In this document: piece by piece, positions 1 through 10,363 of the stretch
Layout of the letters: every line of letters starts with the position of its first letter
How positions within the stretch are numbered: position 1 is the first letter of the stretch
Assembly (NCBI GenBank): GCA_963845535.1
Contig: CAWJSK010000018.1
Coordinates: 64,001 to 128,000 of the forward strand
Direction: 5' to 3'
DNA length: 64,000 bases
Source: an uncultured Spirochaetota bacterium
GTDB lineage: Bacteria; Spirochaetota; Spirochaetia; SZUA-6; Fen-1364
Program-made: the position numbers and the translations under genes
Notes under the pieces: generated by a model
The model's input: only the letters and a program-made list of their open reading frames with translations
Databases searched by the model: none
Told to the model about the DNA's origin: nothing

Positions 1-822
1 CGTGTCTACGCTCGTACGCATGAACCGTCCACCAAAACTTTCGAATACAGAGAATGGGATAGAGCTTCCTCCTGCGTAATCCACGGAGAAATAGTCCGCC
101 AGGTAGATGCTGAATAGGTTTTTCGGCCCTCTCAAGGGCGACGTATAAAGTGTCTTGAACCCTTCCACGGTGCCGTTCAAGCGGTAGTAATCGGCTTGAC
201 CGTCGCTGTTTAGAAGGAAGCGGGGTCCCCACTCTCCGGAGGCTTCTGCGTAGATGCCGTCCCGCGTCCTGTGGACCTTGTCCTTGATGATGGAATTGTA
301 CGACAGCCCGGCATGAAGCGCATTGCTTAGAATCTCGACTCGGTCCGGCAAGTTGGATGAAAGGATCAACGGGTTTGAATTGCCCGGCGCTGGGAAGTCG
401 TAATCGAAATGAGTTCGATAGAAAAGAAATGCTTCCAGGAGATTGTGTTTTGCTTCGGAGCTCCACAGGAGCCCTTGGCGAACTCCAACGTCGTTCCGAA
501 GCTCAGCCTGGCTGAAGGTCGTCGGTGCGTCATGGGCGCCCGTATATAAACTGCCGTCAGGGTTGCGGTAAAAGTCGTTGAGCTGCAAACCTCCCGCAAA
601 ATCGTCTTCAATAATGGTGTCGAGCCCTTTGACGATGTGGGGCGCCTCAAACAGAACGTTCACCCACGCACCCGACGGTACCAATCCGCCGAGCCAGTAC
701 GTATAGAGGTTGTAAATCACGAAGGTAATCGGACCGGTCGGATTAGTCGGCTCACACCATCCTTGTAGACCGTTATTCGATAACACAAGCGCAAATAGGA
801 TCATCGCCCGTGCCTTTTTCAA
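1..822 (-). CDS. Exported protein, possibly an outer-membrane beta-barrel; partial, runs off the left edge
   Basis: Read by hand (absent from the ORF track because it has no stop in the window). TTG start at 822 after GGAGAAGAGGAG; MKKARAMILFALVLS signal-like N-terminus; open to position 1 with aromatic-rich, strand-like segments (GIYAEASGEWGP, FSIYLADYFSVDYAGG). Confidence 0.55.
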   Translation of the reverse strand, partial: MKKARAMILFALVLSNNGLQGWCEPTNPTGPITFVIYNLYTYWLGGLVPSGAWVNVLFEAPHIVKGLDTIIEDDFAGGLQLNDFYRNPDGSLYTGAHDAPTTFSQAELRNDVGVRQGLLWSSEAKHNLLEAFLFYRTHFDYDFPAPGNSNPLILSSNLPDRVEILSNALHAGLSYNSIIKDKVHRTRDGIYAEASGEWGPRFLLNSDGQADYYRLNGTVEGFKTLYTSPLRGPKNLFSIYLADYFSVDYAGGSSIPFSVFESFGGRFMRTSVDT

Positions 823-858
823 AAAAGTCTCCTCTTCTCCGCACGACGACGGTTCCCA

Positions 859-2349
859 CTAATGACTCTCGAGGACCACTTCCGCGTATTGGTGTATCAA
901 CCCGTCCAGCAGCGGTTCATGCTCTCCTTTCAGGTATTTGTCGAAGAATGCCAAAGAGTAGGCGTTGACGATGTCCCACATCCGTTTGCCGTCCACGGGT
1001 CCGGTCAGACCGAACTGTGACGTGAGCGGGGACCAGAATGGTGCATCGGTAAAGTTGACATGGAACATGCCTGGCATGTCGAGGAAGTAGGCGCTCCCCG
1101 GCAGATGCTTGTCGAAAACTGCCCGCATGGTGGTCAAGGTCTCGGTGATGGACGCCTCCGGCCAGCCGCCTGATCTGGATCTTTCCAGGCGCATGTCGCT
1201 GGCAGGTCGCGTGATCCACATGCAAGGCTGAAGCAATCCGGCCCGGGCGACATCTGCCGGCATGGCGGCATCCATCATGAGGGACGCCTTGATCCGCGCA
1301 TCCCTGTGAGAGGCTTCGCCAGCAACCATGGCGCCCAGGGAGATTCCAAAAACGCCGACGCGCTGTAGATCCAGCCGTCCGGCCAGGCGATCATTCGGGT
1401 CTCTCGTATTCAGCTCAGCGAGCTGATCTATGGCGAAAATCGCGTCCTGGGCGAAGTAGGGGATAATTCCGTTCTCGAGAACATGACCATTCAGTTTGGG
1501 CGCATCCGGTCCAGGGGTAATACTTTGCTGAATGAGAGCCTGTATCTTTTCCCTTGGCAGTACGATTACCCGGCGGCCGTCCGGGAAGCACACCGCCGCG
1601 GAACCGCCCGGCTGGTCAAGACCGACAACGACGTAGCCATGCGAAACCAGCTCTTCAATCTGAAAAGTGTTCGACCCGCGGAAGCCACCAAGACCTGAGA
1701 GAAATATAAGTACCGGATAGCTCGGCATATCATCTGCCACCGGTGCATGGCCGGCTGCGTTGGACATCACGTATTTGAAATGCGCAAAGAAAAAGCTCGG
1801 CAAGTGAACAATACGAGCCATTGCGGCCCCAACCGCGCCGGCATTTTCCATGTAAGGAACGCGCGGCGCCGAGGGTTCATCCTTGGCGGGGTACCACACC
1901 TGCGCAATAAGCTCGCGATGATCATTCGGGTCTGCGCTGAAGAGCTCCGAACGGCTGGTATCAACCCAATGATAGGTCACCGAGCCAACGGCGTATGGTC
2001 CCGTGGGTTTGGGAAGGCGAAATACCGGCAGCGCAACCGGCAAAGCGGCGGAAACGGCCAGCGCGAGCGTTCCCAACCCAATGCCCAGGCCGGCCACAAG
2101 TCGACCGACATGGATACGGCCGGCCGCGGTGACACCGAGCAGCCAGATCAGGAAGAAGGCGGTCGTCAGGGCGTAGGCAGGAATCATCTGCCAGCGGGGA
2201 CCCTCGGCGAGCACTTGTACGCCTGCGATCAACACCGTGATGAGCGCGACAAATCCCAACAAGCGTTCGGCGCGAAGCCGCGGAATCGCCAGGGAGAAAA
2301 ACGTCAGCATGTTCGCAAGGGACAATACGCTCTCGAGAGCTCTCATCAT
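859..2349 (-). CDS. Membrane-anchored alpha/beta hydrolase (PAF-acetylhydrolase-like family)
   Basis: N-terminal TM helices, PTGPYAVG motif, GISLG nucleophile elbow, C-terminal H (MFHVNFTD). Start moved to the ATG overlapping the upstream stop. Confidence 0.85.
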   Translation of the reverse strand: MMRALESVLSLANMLTFFSLAIPRLRAERLLGFVALITVLIAGVQVLAEGPRWQMIPAYALTTAFFLIWLLGVTAAGRIHVGRLVAGLGIGLGTLALAVSAALPVALPVFRLPKPTGPYAVGSVTYHWVDTSRSELFSADPNDHRELIAQVWYPAKDEPSAPRVPYMENAGAVGAAMARIVHLPSFFFAHFKYVMSNAAGHAPVADDMPSYPVLIFLSGLGGFRGSNTFQIEELVSHGYVVVGLDQPGGSAAVCFPDGRRVIVLPREKIQALIQQSITPGPDAPKLNGHVLENGIIPYFAQDAIFAIDQLAELNTRDPNDRLAGRLDLQRVGVFGISLGAMVAGEASHRDARIKASLMMDAAMPADVARAGLLQPCMWITRPASDMRLERSRSGGWPEASITETLTTMRAVFDKHLPGSAYFLDMPGMFHVNFTDAPFWSPLTSQFGLTGPVDGKRMWDIVNAYSLAFFDKYLKGEHEPLLDGLIHQYAEVVLESH

Positions 2350-3125
2350 CGGGATCCTTTTGTGAACGCCTTCGGTCCCCAAACCGCTATGACCAGGACC
2401 CCGATCAGAGCCAGGACAGGTCCTGAGAAACGCGGATCGTAGAGGGAACCGTTGACAGGGAAAAGCTGCCAGGTGAGGTTGGACATCGCGTGGACAAGCG
2501 CCGCCACGGAAACGCTTCGGCCCGTGTTGTTGTAAAACCAGACGATGATCACCCGCAACGCAATGGTATTCAGGGTCCACCACACAACGAACCCGAGCGA
2601 TCGGCGGGCTTCTGCCAAGGGAACGTAATGCCAGGCAGCCCACACAACACCGATGACCAACGCAGCAGCAAGAGCGCCAAAGCGCTCCTGCAACGGATCA
2701 ATCGCATATCCAGACCAACCGAGCTCCTCGCAAAGGCCACCTGCGAGGAACACGAGGAACAATCCGAGCGTCCGTACGATAGGGACCTGCAGCGACGGCA
2801 GCGGCGTCCCCGTCAGACGCATCGCTCCATACGCCGCAAGCGAGGCGAGCGGCATCAGAAGAATCGTTGGCAGATACCATGCCTTTGATTTGGTACGACC
2901 AAGATCGAAAGATCTCTTCAACAAATCCTTGACGCCGTTTGCGCCGTTCTCCCGGTACGAGAGAATGGCGGCCGCCACCACCGGGCAGACGACTCCAAGC
3001 GAGCTCAGTGAGAGGGCGGGCAGCAACTGAAGGCCTGATAAGGCGCCCAGCAGATAGAACGGAAGACTGAGCGCCACTGTCAGAAAGAAGTACAGCAACG
3101 CCGACCTGACTGTCCGTTGTTTCAT
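2346..3125 (-). CDS. CPBP/Abi (CAAX protease) family intramembrane metalloprotease
   Basis: EELGWSGY, WAAWHY and HAMSN motifs in a multi-TM protein. Confidence 0.9.
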   Translation of the reverse strand: MKQRTVRSALLYFFLTVALSLPFYLLGALSGLQLLPALSLSSLGVVCPVVAAAILSYRENGANGVKDLLKRSFDLGRTKSKAWYLPTILLMPLASLAAYGAMRLTGTPLPSLQVPIVRTLGLFLVFLAGGLCEELGWSGYAIDPLQERFGALAAALVIGVVWAAWHYVPLAEARRSLGFVVWWTLNTIALRVIIVWFYNNTGRSVSVAALVHAMSNLTWQLFPVNGSLYDPRFSGPVLALIGVLVIAVWGPKAFTKGSR

Positions 3126-3256
3126 GAGCAAAATAGTGTCGCCGGTGAGACATGGGAACAATGCGGAAAACCACGTATTCCTCTACGTATTCGCACGCAG
3201 TTGATGGCTCAACGCGACTTGGCCGGCGTGCGGCTGCACGGTATCATTGCGTCACG

Positions 3257-4171
3257 ATGCTGACCCTCTCCGTGTACCTGTCTGTCGTGGTTTTTCTCAT
3301 GGGAACTTCTGCAACAACCCTTTGCTTCGCCTGCTACGGCACGTTCAGACATCGCGCTGCCTTCTGGCTGTCTTTGTGCATGACAGGGCTTTCACTCTTC
3401 GCGCTTACGATCCTTGTTTCGCAAATTGGGAACATGGTGGATAGGACCGACACGGCCGCGGGACCGCGCAGCTTCGGTCTCCTCTGGCAAGCACTGGCTT
3501 CCATCCTTGTTGCCCATTCGCTGCCGCGTTTTCTTCTGGCGGCTTTTGGAGGAGCGCCTCGCAAGGTGACGTATCGCCTTCTGGATGCCGCAACGGCAGT
3601 TATCGTTGTTCTCTCTGTAATCCGCGTTGCAACGGGGTGGAGAGAGGCAGCCGCGGTTGCAGCTCTCCCCAACAGCATCCTGCGGATCGTTCTGTTTGCA
3701 TTAGTTGGAGGCGCGCTCGCCCTGACCCTTGCTTTCCAGCCACGACTTCCCGACCGCAGCCTCTACAAGACGGTTGTCGTCCAGACAGGCGCCCTGACCC
3801 TCCTGTTCCCCTTCGTGATCCTGGAAGACTTGGGCTTGTTCGCTCCTTCCGCCTTTCCGTTCCTGGCCGGCGAGGTGTTGATAATGGCAACCTCCGTATC
3901 GGCTGCGTTGCATGCGAGAAAAAGCCTGATGAGGCCGAAATACGTCGTCGATAAAGCGCCGTCCCCATACTTTGTCGAGCATTTCGGTATCAGCGGGCGC
4001 GAGCTTGAAATAGTTTCAGGCGTGCTCGAGGGACTCAGCAATAATGCAATCGCGGACCGGCTCTTCATCTCTCCCCGCACTGTCGAGAAGCATCTCTACA
4101 ACATCTATCAGAAGACGGGAATAAAAAACCGACTGCAGCTTTTCAATCTGCTGAGGTCGGATGCGCTATGA
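3257..4171 (+). CDS. Multi-TM sensor fused to a C-terminal LuxR-type HTH
   Basis: About 7 hydrophobic segments, then ISGRELEIV...SNNAIADRLFISPRTVEKHLYNIYQK. Confidence 0.9.
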   Translation: MLTLSVYLSVVVFLMGTSATTLCFACYGTFRHRAAFWLSLCMTGLSLFALTILVSQIGNMVDRTDTAAGPRSFGLLWQALASILVAHSLPRFLLAAFGGAPRKVTYRLLDAATAVIVVLSVIRVATGWREAAAVAALPNSILRIVLFALVGGALALTLAFQPRLPDRSLYKTVVVQTGALTLLFPFVILEDLGLFAPSAFPFLAGEVLIMATSVSAALHARKSLMRPKYVVDKAPSPYFVEHFGISGRELEIVSGVLEGLSNNAIADRLFISPRTVEKHLYNIYQKTGIKNRLQLFNLLRSDAL

Positions 4172-4292
4172 CCTGCCTGCGTAAAATCATATATAGACTG
4201 CTCCAAAAAGTTTGCAGAACTCTCCTCGAAGCTGACCGACGCGATGATGGAGTGGAAGCAGTCACTCTTTGGTTGAACATCTTTTTTGGTCT

Positions 4293-5333
4293 TCATTTCA
4301 TGTCGCCCGCAGCGAAGTGTTGGAACAGATGCTTCTTGAGCGCCCTCAGTGCCGGCAGGCGCTTCGTAACAGACAGCTCACAACCAAGGATACTGGCTGA
4401 CTTCGTCAGCGCCGCAACAAGAGCTCGTCGAGGGACGTGGATGGCTTGCGGGATCCGAGAATGCTCTTTTATGAGCTCGAGTAACTGCCCGTTCAACGCC
4501 CAGGCCTTTAGGTCAGGATCATCTGCCTGCTCAAGAAGCTCAAGGCTCAAGCCGAGCCCGCTCTGTTGATCGACCCAGCACATGGCCACGGGGTAGTAAG
4601 GTCGTTCATCTCGGGACTCCTGTGTCGGCGTGGGCACGTAAAAAAGGTCTGTTTCCCAGATCCCTTCCCGCCTGGCCGTCGAGCTTTTCAGTCTTGCGGT
4701 CTCAGCTTCGTCAACCACGGGTTCTTGAAGTGGTACAACAGGAGGGGGAACTGGCTCCATCCACTGATCGATCCAACCTCCATCCCCTGCCATTGCGCGA
4801 ACGAAAAGCTCCTTCGCCCGAGGCGGTTTCAGCAATTCCGGCTCGGATCGTAACCGCGAACATACCACAAAGGCTTGCCGCAGCACTTCAGTAAGGAAAA
4901 TGACTTCCGATCCATCGAGACGCCAGGGGTACCATCCGCGTCGATGACTCCTGAATTGCGGCCAACTGTTCCGTCCTCGAAAGGTAAGGTCGAGCGATTT
5001 TATGAGGGCGAGGTCGCTGGCTTCCAGTCCCTGGCGGTTTTCAAACGACGCCATAAGGCACGGGAATCCAAAACGGATTTCATCGTCGTATGCCCCTAGT
5101 TTGCCAACCTGGATTCTGCTGTGGATGCTGAGCCCGGCGGCGCCGAGGTAGGCGGCCAAACCGAAAACCTCTCCTCTCAAGCCCAGTACGGCACACCACG
5201 CAGTCTCTCTGCTGACCGGATCCACTACCCCGAAAACCATGCTGTCATCCATCCAGTTCCAAGGGCCGACCTCGCGGAATGCATGGGCAGCAGCGAAAAG
5301 GTCCTTCCATTGTGCTTTCAGTGCTTCGGTCAT
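4293..5333 (-). CDS. Conserved hypothetical protein (resembles DUF7309/DUF6930-type proteins)
   Basis: 346-aa ORF with a WKDLFAAA...PWNWMDDSMVFGVVDP N-terminus. Family recalled from memory, not searched. Confidence 0.6.
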   Translation of the reverse strand: MTEALKAQWKDLFAAAHAFREVGPWNWMDDSMVFGVVDPVSRETAWCAVLGLRGEVFGLAAYLGAAGLSIHSRIQVGKLGAYDDEIRFGFPCLMASFENRQGLEASDLALIKSLDLTFRGRNSWPQFRSHRRGWYPWRLDGSEVIFLTEVLRQAFVVCSRLRSEPELLKPPRAKELFVRAMAGDGGWIDQWMEPVPPPVVPLQEPVVDEAETARLKSSTARREGIWETDLFYVPTPTQESRDERPYYPVAMCWVDQQSGLGLSLELLEQADDPDLKAWALNGQLLELIKEHSRIPQAIHVPRRALVAALTKSASILGCELSVTKRLPALRALKKHLFQHFAAGDMK

Positions 5334-5514
5334 GACGGGAGAATATCGGAGACAGCCGTAGCCTGTGAATCACCTCGTAGGCCTCCTTTCGGCGGTTGCC
5401 AGGCGCTTCAGATCGTCGCCGGTAGCTATCCGATTGTCCGTTGTCAACAAATCGCTCCCTCATCCCGCCCACCGAAATGAAGGAGCGACGTTGAGACTAT
5501 CCTCGCGCCTGGGA

Positions 5515-5973
5515 CTACTCGGCAGCGGTCTTCATCTGCACAATCATTACTTGGTTCCCGTCCGGGTCCGCCAGACTGAACCAAGCGGCCCACGGCGACC
5601 CTTTCCAGGTTTCTTTCGTGAGCTCGTGGGTTGGCGCGATGCCTTTAGCTTTGATTGCCTTATACAACGACTCGGCGTCGGAGGTCGTAAAGTACAACTT
5701 CTGGGTCCCTGGCCTGAGGTTCTCCGTGTTCGCAGCCTGCAACAGACTCATGGATGCCCCGCCGCCGGGCAGACTCAGAGAGACCCATCGTTGTCCGCCT
5801 TGGCTGTAATCCTGCGTGGCCTTCAAGCCCAGGGCTGAGGTGTAGAACCCTTCGGATTTGTTCATGTCGTGGACCGCAATGCTGATCATCAGCAGTTTGT
5901 CCGCCGTCACCTGCTGGGAATACACGGTCGGTATCGCCGCGAGGGCCAAACATACTGTAAGAATGTATTTCAT
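5515..5973 (-). CDS. Exported VOC/glyoxalase family protein
   Basis: GCAGGAGG RBS; signal peptide MKYILTVCLALAA; IAVHDM...FYTSALGL and DPDGN motifs. Confidence 0.85.
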   Translation of the reverse strand: MKYILTVCLALAAIPTVYSQQVTADKLLMISIAVHDMNKSEGFYTSALGLKATQDYSQGGQRWVSLSLPGGGASMSLLQAANTENLRPGTQKLYFTTSDAESLYKAIKAKGIAPTHELTKETWKGSPWAAWFSLADPDGNQVMIVQMKTAAE

Positions 5974-6112
5974 CGCTTTTCCTCCTGCACTGAGTAGTCG
6001 AACGGGAAGAGGAGAAAGGGACAAGAGTGCCCGCCTTCTTTTGATGCGAGCGTGTTGGAGGGCGCAAGGAGGAATTACCCGCCAAAGGAGAGCGGACAAA
6101 GGTCATTCCGCT

Positions 6113-6565
6113 TTATTCGGCATGCACCTCGAAATACGAGACAATCCATCCCCGTTGTGTGTGCCGTAGTCGAACGAGGAAAGGAAGTCCAACATGAAAA
6201 TTGACGTAGAGGACATCCGGATCCACCTGAGCTCTGCGAATGATCCTGACGATACGCTGGGCTCGCGACTGTGTGGGCCTCACCGACTCAACGGAAACAG
6301 GATGCTTCGATGACACGAGAAAGACGACATCCTCATTCGCGGCAAACACGCGCACGTTCGTTCCGACATCGCTCCCTTGGTCGGTCAATTTGTAAGCATC
6401 GTTGATCCTGCCATTCTGCAGATCCGCGACGAAGCGAAACGCCAACCCCATGGCCTCATGCGGCGCGGAAGGACGGAAAAAGAAAAGGGCGAGGGCGAGA
6501 ATAGTCGCCATGCCTACTGCCGAAAGCAGGAAGAAAATCGGCATCTCCAAGTGGATCCTTGTCAT
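6113..6565 (-). CDS. Hypothetical single-pass membrane protein
   Basis: GGAGGA RBS before ATG 6565; N-terminal TM helix then a soluble domain. Confidence 0.6.
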   Translation of the reverse strand: MTRIHLEMPIFFLLSAVGMATILALALFFFRPSAPHEAMGLAFRFVADLQNGRINDAYKLTDQGSDVGTNVRVFAANEDVVFLVSSKHPVSVESVRPTQSRAQRIVRIIRRAQVDPDVLYVNFHVGLPFLVRLRHTQRGWIVSYFEVHAE

Positions 6566-6860
6566 GAACTTTGTTCCTCCCGTTCGGACCGGGCCCGCAG
6601 AAAGGCAAGAGGTGGCGCGAAGAAGCCCATAGATGACAATCCGGTCCGTCCCCAAATATGACACACGGGAAGCCCGTAGAAAATCCCGCCACGGCCCGCC
6701 ACGCGCGGCGGTTGGTGGGATTTTGAGCGCTCCCCAAGTCCTGAGGAGGTCTTGCTGCAGGGCCAAAAACTTATCCGCTCTTCTTTAATGACCAAAAAAC
6801 CGTATTGGGATTCCCGCTGCTACGGGCGGAACTGCGAGCTCGTTCCTGGCAAGACTCCTA

Positions 6861-8717
6861 TTACCTGTCCAGTATCTCACGCACCTTCGTGAGGAGATCC
6901 GTAGAGGTAAAGGGCTTCTGCAGGAAATCAATGCCTGCTTCAGGAGTCCCCGCGTATCCCGAAATATAGAGGACCCTTACTTTAGGGTGTATCTCCTTAA
7001 GCTTGCTTGCAAGCTCCTTGCCACTCATCCGCGGCATCACTACATCGGTAACCAGAAGTGCGACTCTCAGGTTGCGGGCGAGCACATCGATCAAGGCATC
7101 TTCCCCTCCCGACCCCTCGATCACGAGATACCCCGCCTCCTCCAACGGGATTCTTGCAACAGTTCGAACCGCCGATTCATCATCTACGAGGAGTATTGTT
7201 TCCGTCCCCCGCAGCGCAGTTGTACCCGATATTGTGATAGGTGGTCTGTCGGATTCCTTTCTGGTCAACGGGAGATAGACTGCGAATGTCGTTCCCCTGC
7301 CCACCTCGCTATGGCAATTGATGTAACCCTCGCTCTGCTTGACGATGCCGTATACTGTCGACAGTCCGAGACCGGTCCCCTTCCCTCTCTCTTTGGTAGT
7401 AAAGAACGGTTCATAGATATGCGAGAGGGTTTCCCGGTTCATTCCGACTCCGGTGTCGCTTATGGCGATACGAACATACTGCCCCACCTTCGCCCCAGGG
7501 TGATCGCGAACGTAGGCAATATCGAATGTGCGATTTGAAGTCTCAATAGTGAGCTTCCCGCCGCAGGGCATGGCATCTCGTGCGTTGACCGCCAGGTTCA
7601 TCAGAACCTGTTCCATTTGACCAGGATCTGCCAGAAAGTTACCCGTAGTGGAATCGATGATGGTTCGCAGCTCAACATCCTCCCCAATGACCCTTTCGAG
7701 CATCATCTGTGTAGAACGAATGAGGGATCTTGGATCGATTGCTCGGGGCCTCAAGATTTGTTTGCGACTGAACGAGAGAAGCTGCCCAGTGAGCTCCCCT
7801 GCTTTGCGTGCCGCTTTCATGATCTCTGCCAATAGCAATCGGTTCTCTTCAGTGAGTTTCTCCATGAGGATCTCGCCGTAGCCGGTAATTACTTGAATGA
7901 TGTTATTGAAATCGTGCGCGACCCCTCCTGTCAGTTGACCGATTGCCTCCATCTTTTGGGCCTGAGCAAACTGCTGCTCGAGTGCTTTTCTTTCAGTTAT
8001 GTCGGAAGAAAAGTACAGCACCGCGGGCTGTTCCTCCCACTCGATCCTCTGGCCGATGGTTTCCGCCCAGATGACTTTCCCTTGCTTGGTCACATAACGG
8101 AAGACGCTCTTCGCCGCGAGTTTGCCTTCCGCCCGAGAAGCGTAGAGCGACATCGCCTCTTCCATGTCTTCGTGGAAAAGAAGCGACCGCAAGGGCATTC
8201 CCTGCATCTCGTCGTACGAATAGCCGAACATTTCGGGAAGATGTGAGTTAAAGAATATCACCTTCCCCTTTTCCACAACGCTGATAGCCTCAGGCGCAAC
8301 CTCGATGAGGTTTCTGTACTTCATCTCAGAAAGGCGAAGAAGCTCAGTGGTACGCTGGATTTGGTCCCGGCTTTGGTCCTCCCTCCGCCTCATGTTGCTT
8401 ATAATGAGGACGAACGCCGCATAGCCGACACACTCAACGAGAAGCAGGAAAGCGACATAGGCGGTGCCGGAGTGGAACAATACTTGCTTACCGCTGCCTG
8501 CAAGAAACCAGATTACCGTGTTCGATAAAACGCCTGCCCCGGCCGTGACGAATCCGCGCTTCTTGCCCAAGAGCCACGTGATTGTATAGAGCGGGTACGC
8601 GAAAAGTAGCCCACCGAGCCCTATTGGGGAGACGAAATGCGCGACAAGTGGTGCACCGACAAGATAGCAGAGAAGCGAAACGGTTATGTTCCAGCGCTCA
8701 GATATCCGATCAATCAT
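6861..8717 (-). CDS. Hybrid sensor histidine kinase (TM-PAS-HisKA-HATPase-REC)
   Basis: GGVAHDFNN H-box, NLAVNARDAM N-box, DTGVGM, GTGLGL, C-terminal receiver (ILLVDDE, TDVVMP, FLQKPF). Confidence 0.95.
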   Translation of the reverse strand: MIDRISERWNITVSLLCYLVGAPLVAHFVSPIGLGGLLFAYPLYTITWLLGKKRGFVTAGAGVLSNTVIWFLAGSGKQVLFHSGTAYVAFLLLVECVGYAAFVLIISNMRRREDQSRDQIQRTTELLRLSEMKYRNLIEVAPEAISVVEKGKVIFFNSHLPEMFGYSYDEMQGMPLRSLLFHEDMEEAMSLYASRAEGKLAAKSVFRYVTKQGKVIWAETIGQRIEWEEQPAVLYFSSDITERKALEQQFAQAQKMEAIGQLTGGVAHDFNNIIQVITGYGEILMEKLTEENRLLLAEIMKAARKAGELTGQLLSFSRKQILRPRAIDPRSLIRSTQMMLERVIGEDVELRTIIDSTTGNFLADPGQMEQVLMNLAVNARDAMPCGGKLTIETSNRTFDIAYVRDHPGAKVGQYVRIAISDTGVGMNRETLSHIYEPFFTTKERGKGTGLGLSTVYGIVKQSEGYINCHSEVGRGTTFAVYLPLTRKESDRPPITISGTTALRGTETILLVDDESAVRTVARIPLEEAGYLVIEGSGGEDALIDVLARNLRVALLVTDVVMPRMSGKELASKLKEIHPKVRVLYISGYAGTPEAGIDFLQKPFTSTDLLTKVREILDR

Positions 8718-8894
8718 TCGGTCACTCCTCATGACGGCGGAACCCAACACTGAGTTGCAATTCTCTCAAGGGATGATTTCTATATCAGCGCCGAACTTTG
8801 CACTTCCAATCAAGGGCGCCGTAACAGCGACGGCCATCAGTACGAAAGCGACAAGACTCTACAATAGGGTCGCAGCATCTGCAATGAATCGACT

Positions 8895-10223
8895 CTATGG
8901 TACGGTTTCTTTTTTCCCGGCGATATCCTCAACGCCGGCAGCCTTCGTTTCATTGTGAATGCGTACGTCGGTGGTTCTGAGCCGTTCGGACAACGAGCCG
9001 ATGAGGTGGCGCGCTGCATCAGGATGCGATGCGAGATACTGCTCGAAAATGGAGGGCGGCAACTCGAGAACCGCTGACTCCTCTTCGGCCCGAGCCGTCG
9101 CAGTGCGGTCTTCCCCGAGGATGTATGCCATCTCGCCGAAGACCTCGCCCGGACCCATGGACGCGATGGAGCTCTCGAGGCCGGAGGACGGAATGTAGAT
9201 CCCGATTCTTCCGTAGTAGACGAAGTAGGCGCTTCTCTCCCGGTCCCCCGCCGAGAAAAGCACTTCCCCCTTTCGGAGAGTGCGGCCATAGGAGTGCAGG
9301 AGCCGAGCAGGCTCCATGAAAAGGGCGCGCTCGAGTCTCGGCACCTCGCCACCCGCGCGTTTGGTCCGGGCAAGTCTTTGGAAGCGGCCGAAAAGAAGGG
9401 CGTCGAACTGGTCCGCGACGTAGACGAGCTCGGCGAAATAGAAATACAGGCTGAAGAACGCGAAGACGTTGACGAGGAGAAGAATGAGATTTCCGAGCAC
9501 TCCGTACAGAAGCTCGTATCGCGCCGCGCTGATGAACAGTCTGAACACCTCTGTCACAACCAGAAGGAACACGAAACAGAGCGCCGCGGATCCCCACGCC
9601 GCCTTCGGATTCGGTCGCTTCGCCGGTATGGCCATGTAGCTCCAGCCGGTGAAGACGAAGAGCGCCACGGCCGGCGCCAGTCGTTCGATCTCCACGATTG
9701 CCCGCGCAGCGCCAACGCCGGCGACACCTCTGACCGCGCGCGCGGCAATACGTGCGCCTTCGCCGGCTGCTATCAGCGCGACCATCGCGATAAGAGTGAT
9801 CAGCTCGATGAGAAAGCTCATTGCGTTTTCCTGCACCAGGGTCTTCTTCCCGGTCGCAGCCCAGATGATGCGGATGCCGCGCTGCACGGTGACGGCGAAG
9901 AGTCTCGCCGCCCACGCCAGGCTCACCAGGCCGATTGCGGCTGCCAGAAAGCTCAGCCGGTGGCCGAAGTAGGCACCCGAAGTGACGGAGCTGCTGAGTG
10001 GTCCGAGAAATCGTGCGACCAACCGGTTGATCTCCGCGACGACCCTGGGATTGCCGCCAAGGAGCGTCGAGGTCAAGCTGAGGGCGAGGAGTATCGCCGG
10101 TGCCACGGAGAGCAGAAATCCATAGGCGCCGGCGGCAGCATGATTTGCAAGCTCGTGTTCCCGGTACCGCTCGGCGGCAAAGAGCATTCGTTGGATCATG
10201 GATTGGAGGCGGGGCGCTTTCAT
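8895..10223 (-). CDS. YihY/BrkB family membrane protein fused to a C-terminal cyclic-nucleotide-binding domain
   Basis: AAAGAYGFLLSVAP and YELLYGVLGNLILLL YihY motifs; GEVFGEMAY...RTATARA phosphate-binding cassette. Confidence 0.85.
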   Translation of the reverse strand: MKAPRLQSMIQRMLFAAERYREHELANHAAAGAYGFLLSVAPAILLALSLTSTLLGGNPRVVAEINRLVARFLGPLSSSVTSGAYFGHRLSFLAAAIGLVSLAWAARLFAVTVQRGIRIIWAATGKKTLVQENAMSFLIELITLIAMVALIAAGEGARIAARAVRGVAGVGAARAIVEIERLAPAVALFVFTGWSYMAIPAKRPNPKAAWGSAALCFVFLLVVTEVFRLFISAARYELLYGVLGNLILLLVNVFAFFSLYFYFAELVYVADQFDALLFGRFQRLARTKRAGGEVPRLERALFMEPARLLHSYGRTLRKGEVLFSAGDRERSAYFVYYGRIGIYIPSSGLESSIASMGPGEVFGEMAYILGEDRTATARAEEESAVLELPPSIFEQYLASHPDAARHLIGSLSERLRTTDVRIHNETKAAGVEDIAGKKETVP

Positions 10224-10363
10224 GGTTCCAGTGTGATCACGCGGCGGGCCGAAGGGCAAGCCAACCCGAACCGCTCCTGCTGCCCGAACAGGCGCCGGGC
10301 CGGACGCAAGAGCGAGTCTTATCGACCACTCCTGCGTCACGGCCCGGACTAAGAACGGATCAA

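Noticed and set aside
5444..5494. Imperfect inverted repeat downstream of the VOC gene
   Set aside because: Single copy with no U-tract or target-site duplication; not enough to call a terminator or MITE.
6680..6724. Long hairpin AAAATCCC...GGGATTTT as a possible ncRNA or attC site
   Set aside because: No GTTRRRY/RYYYAAC core pair, no integron integrase and no second copy; most simply a terminator-like stem.
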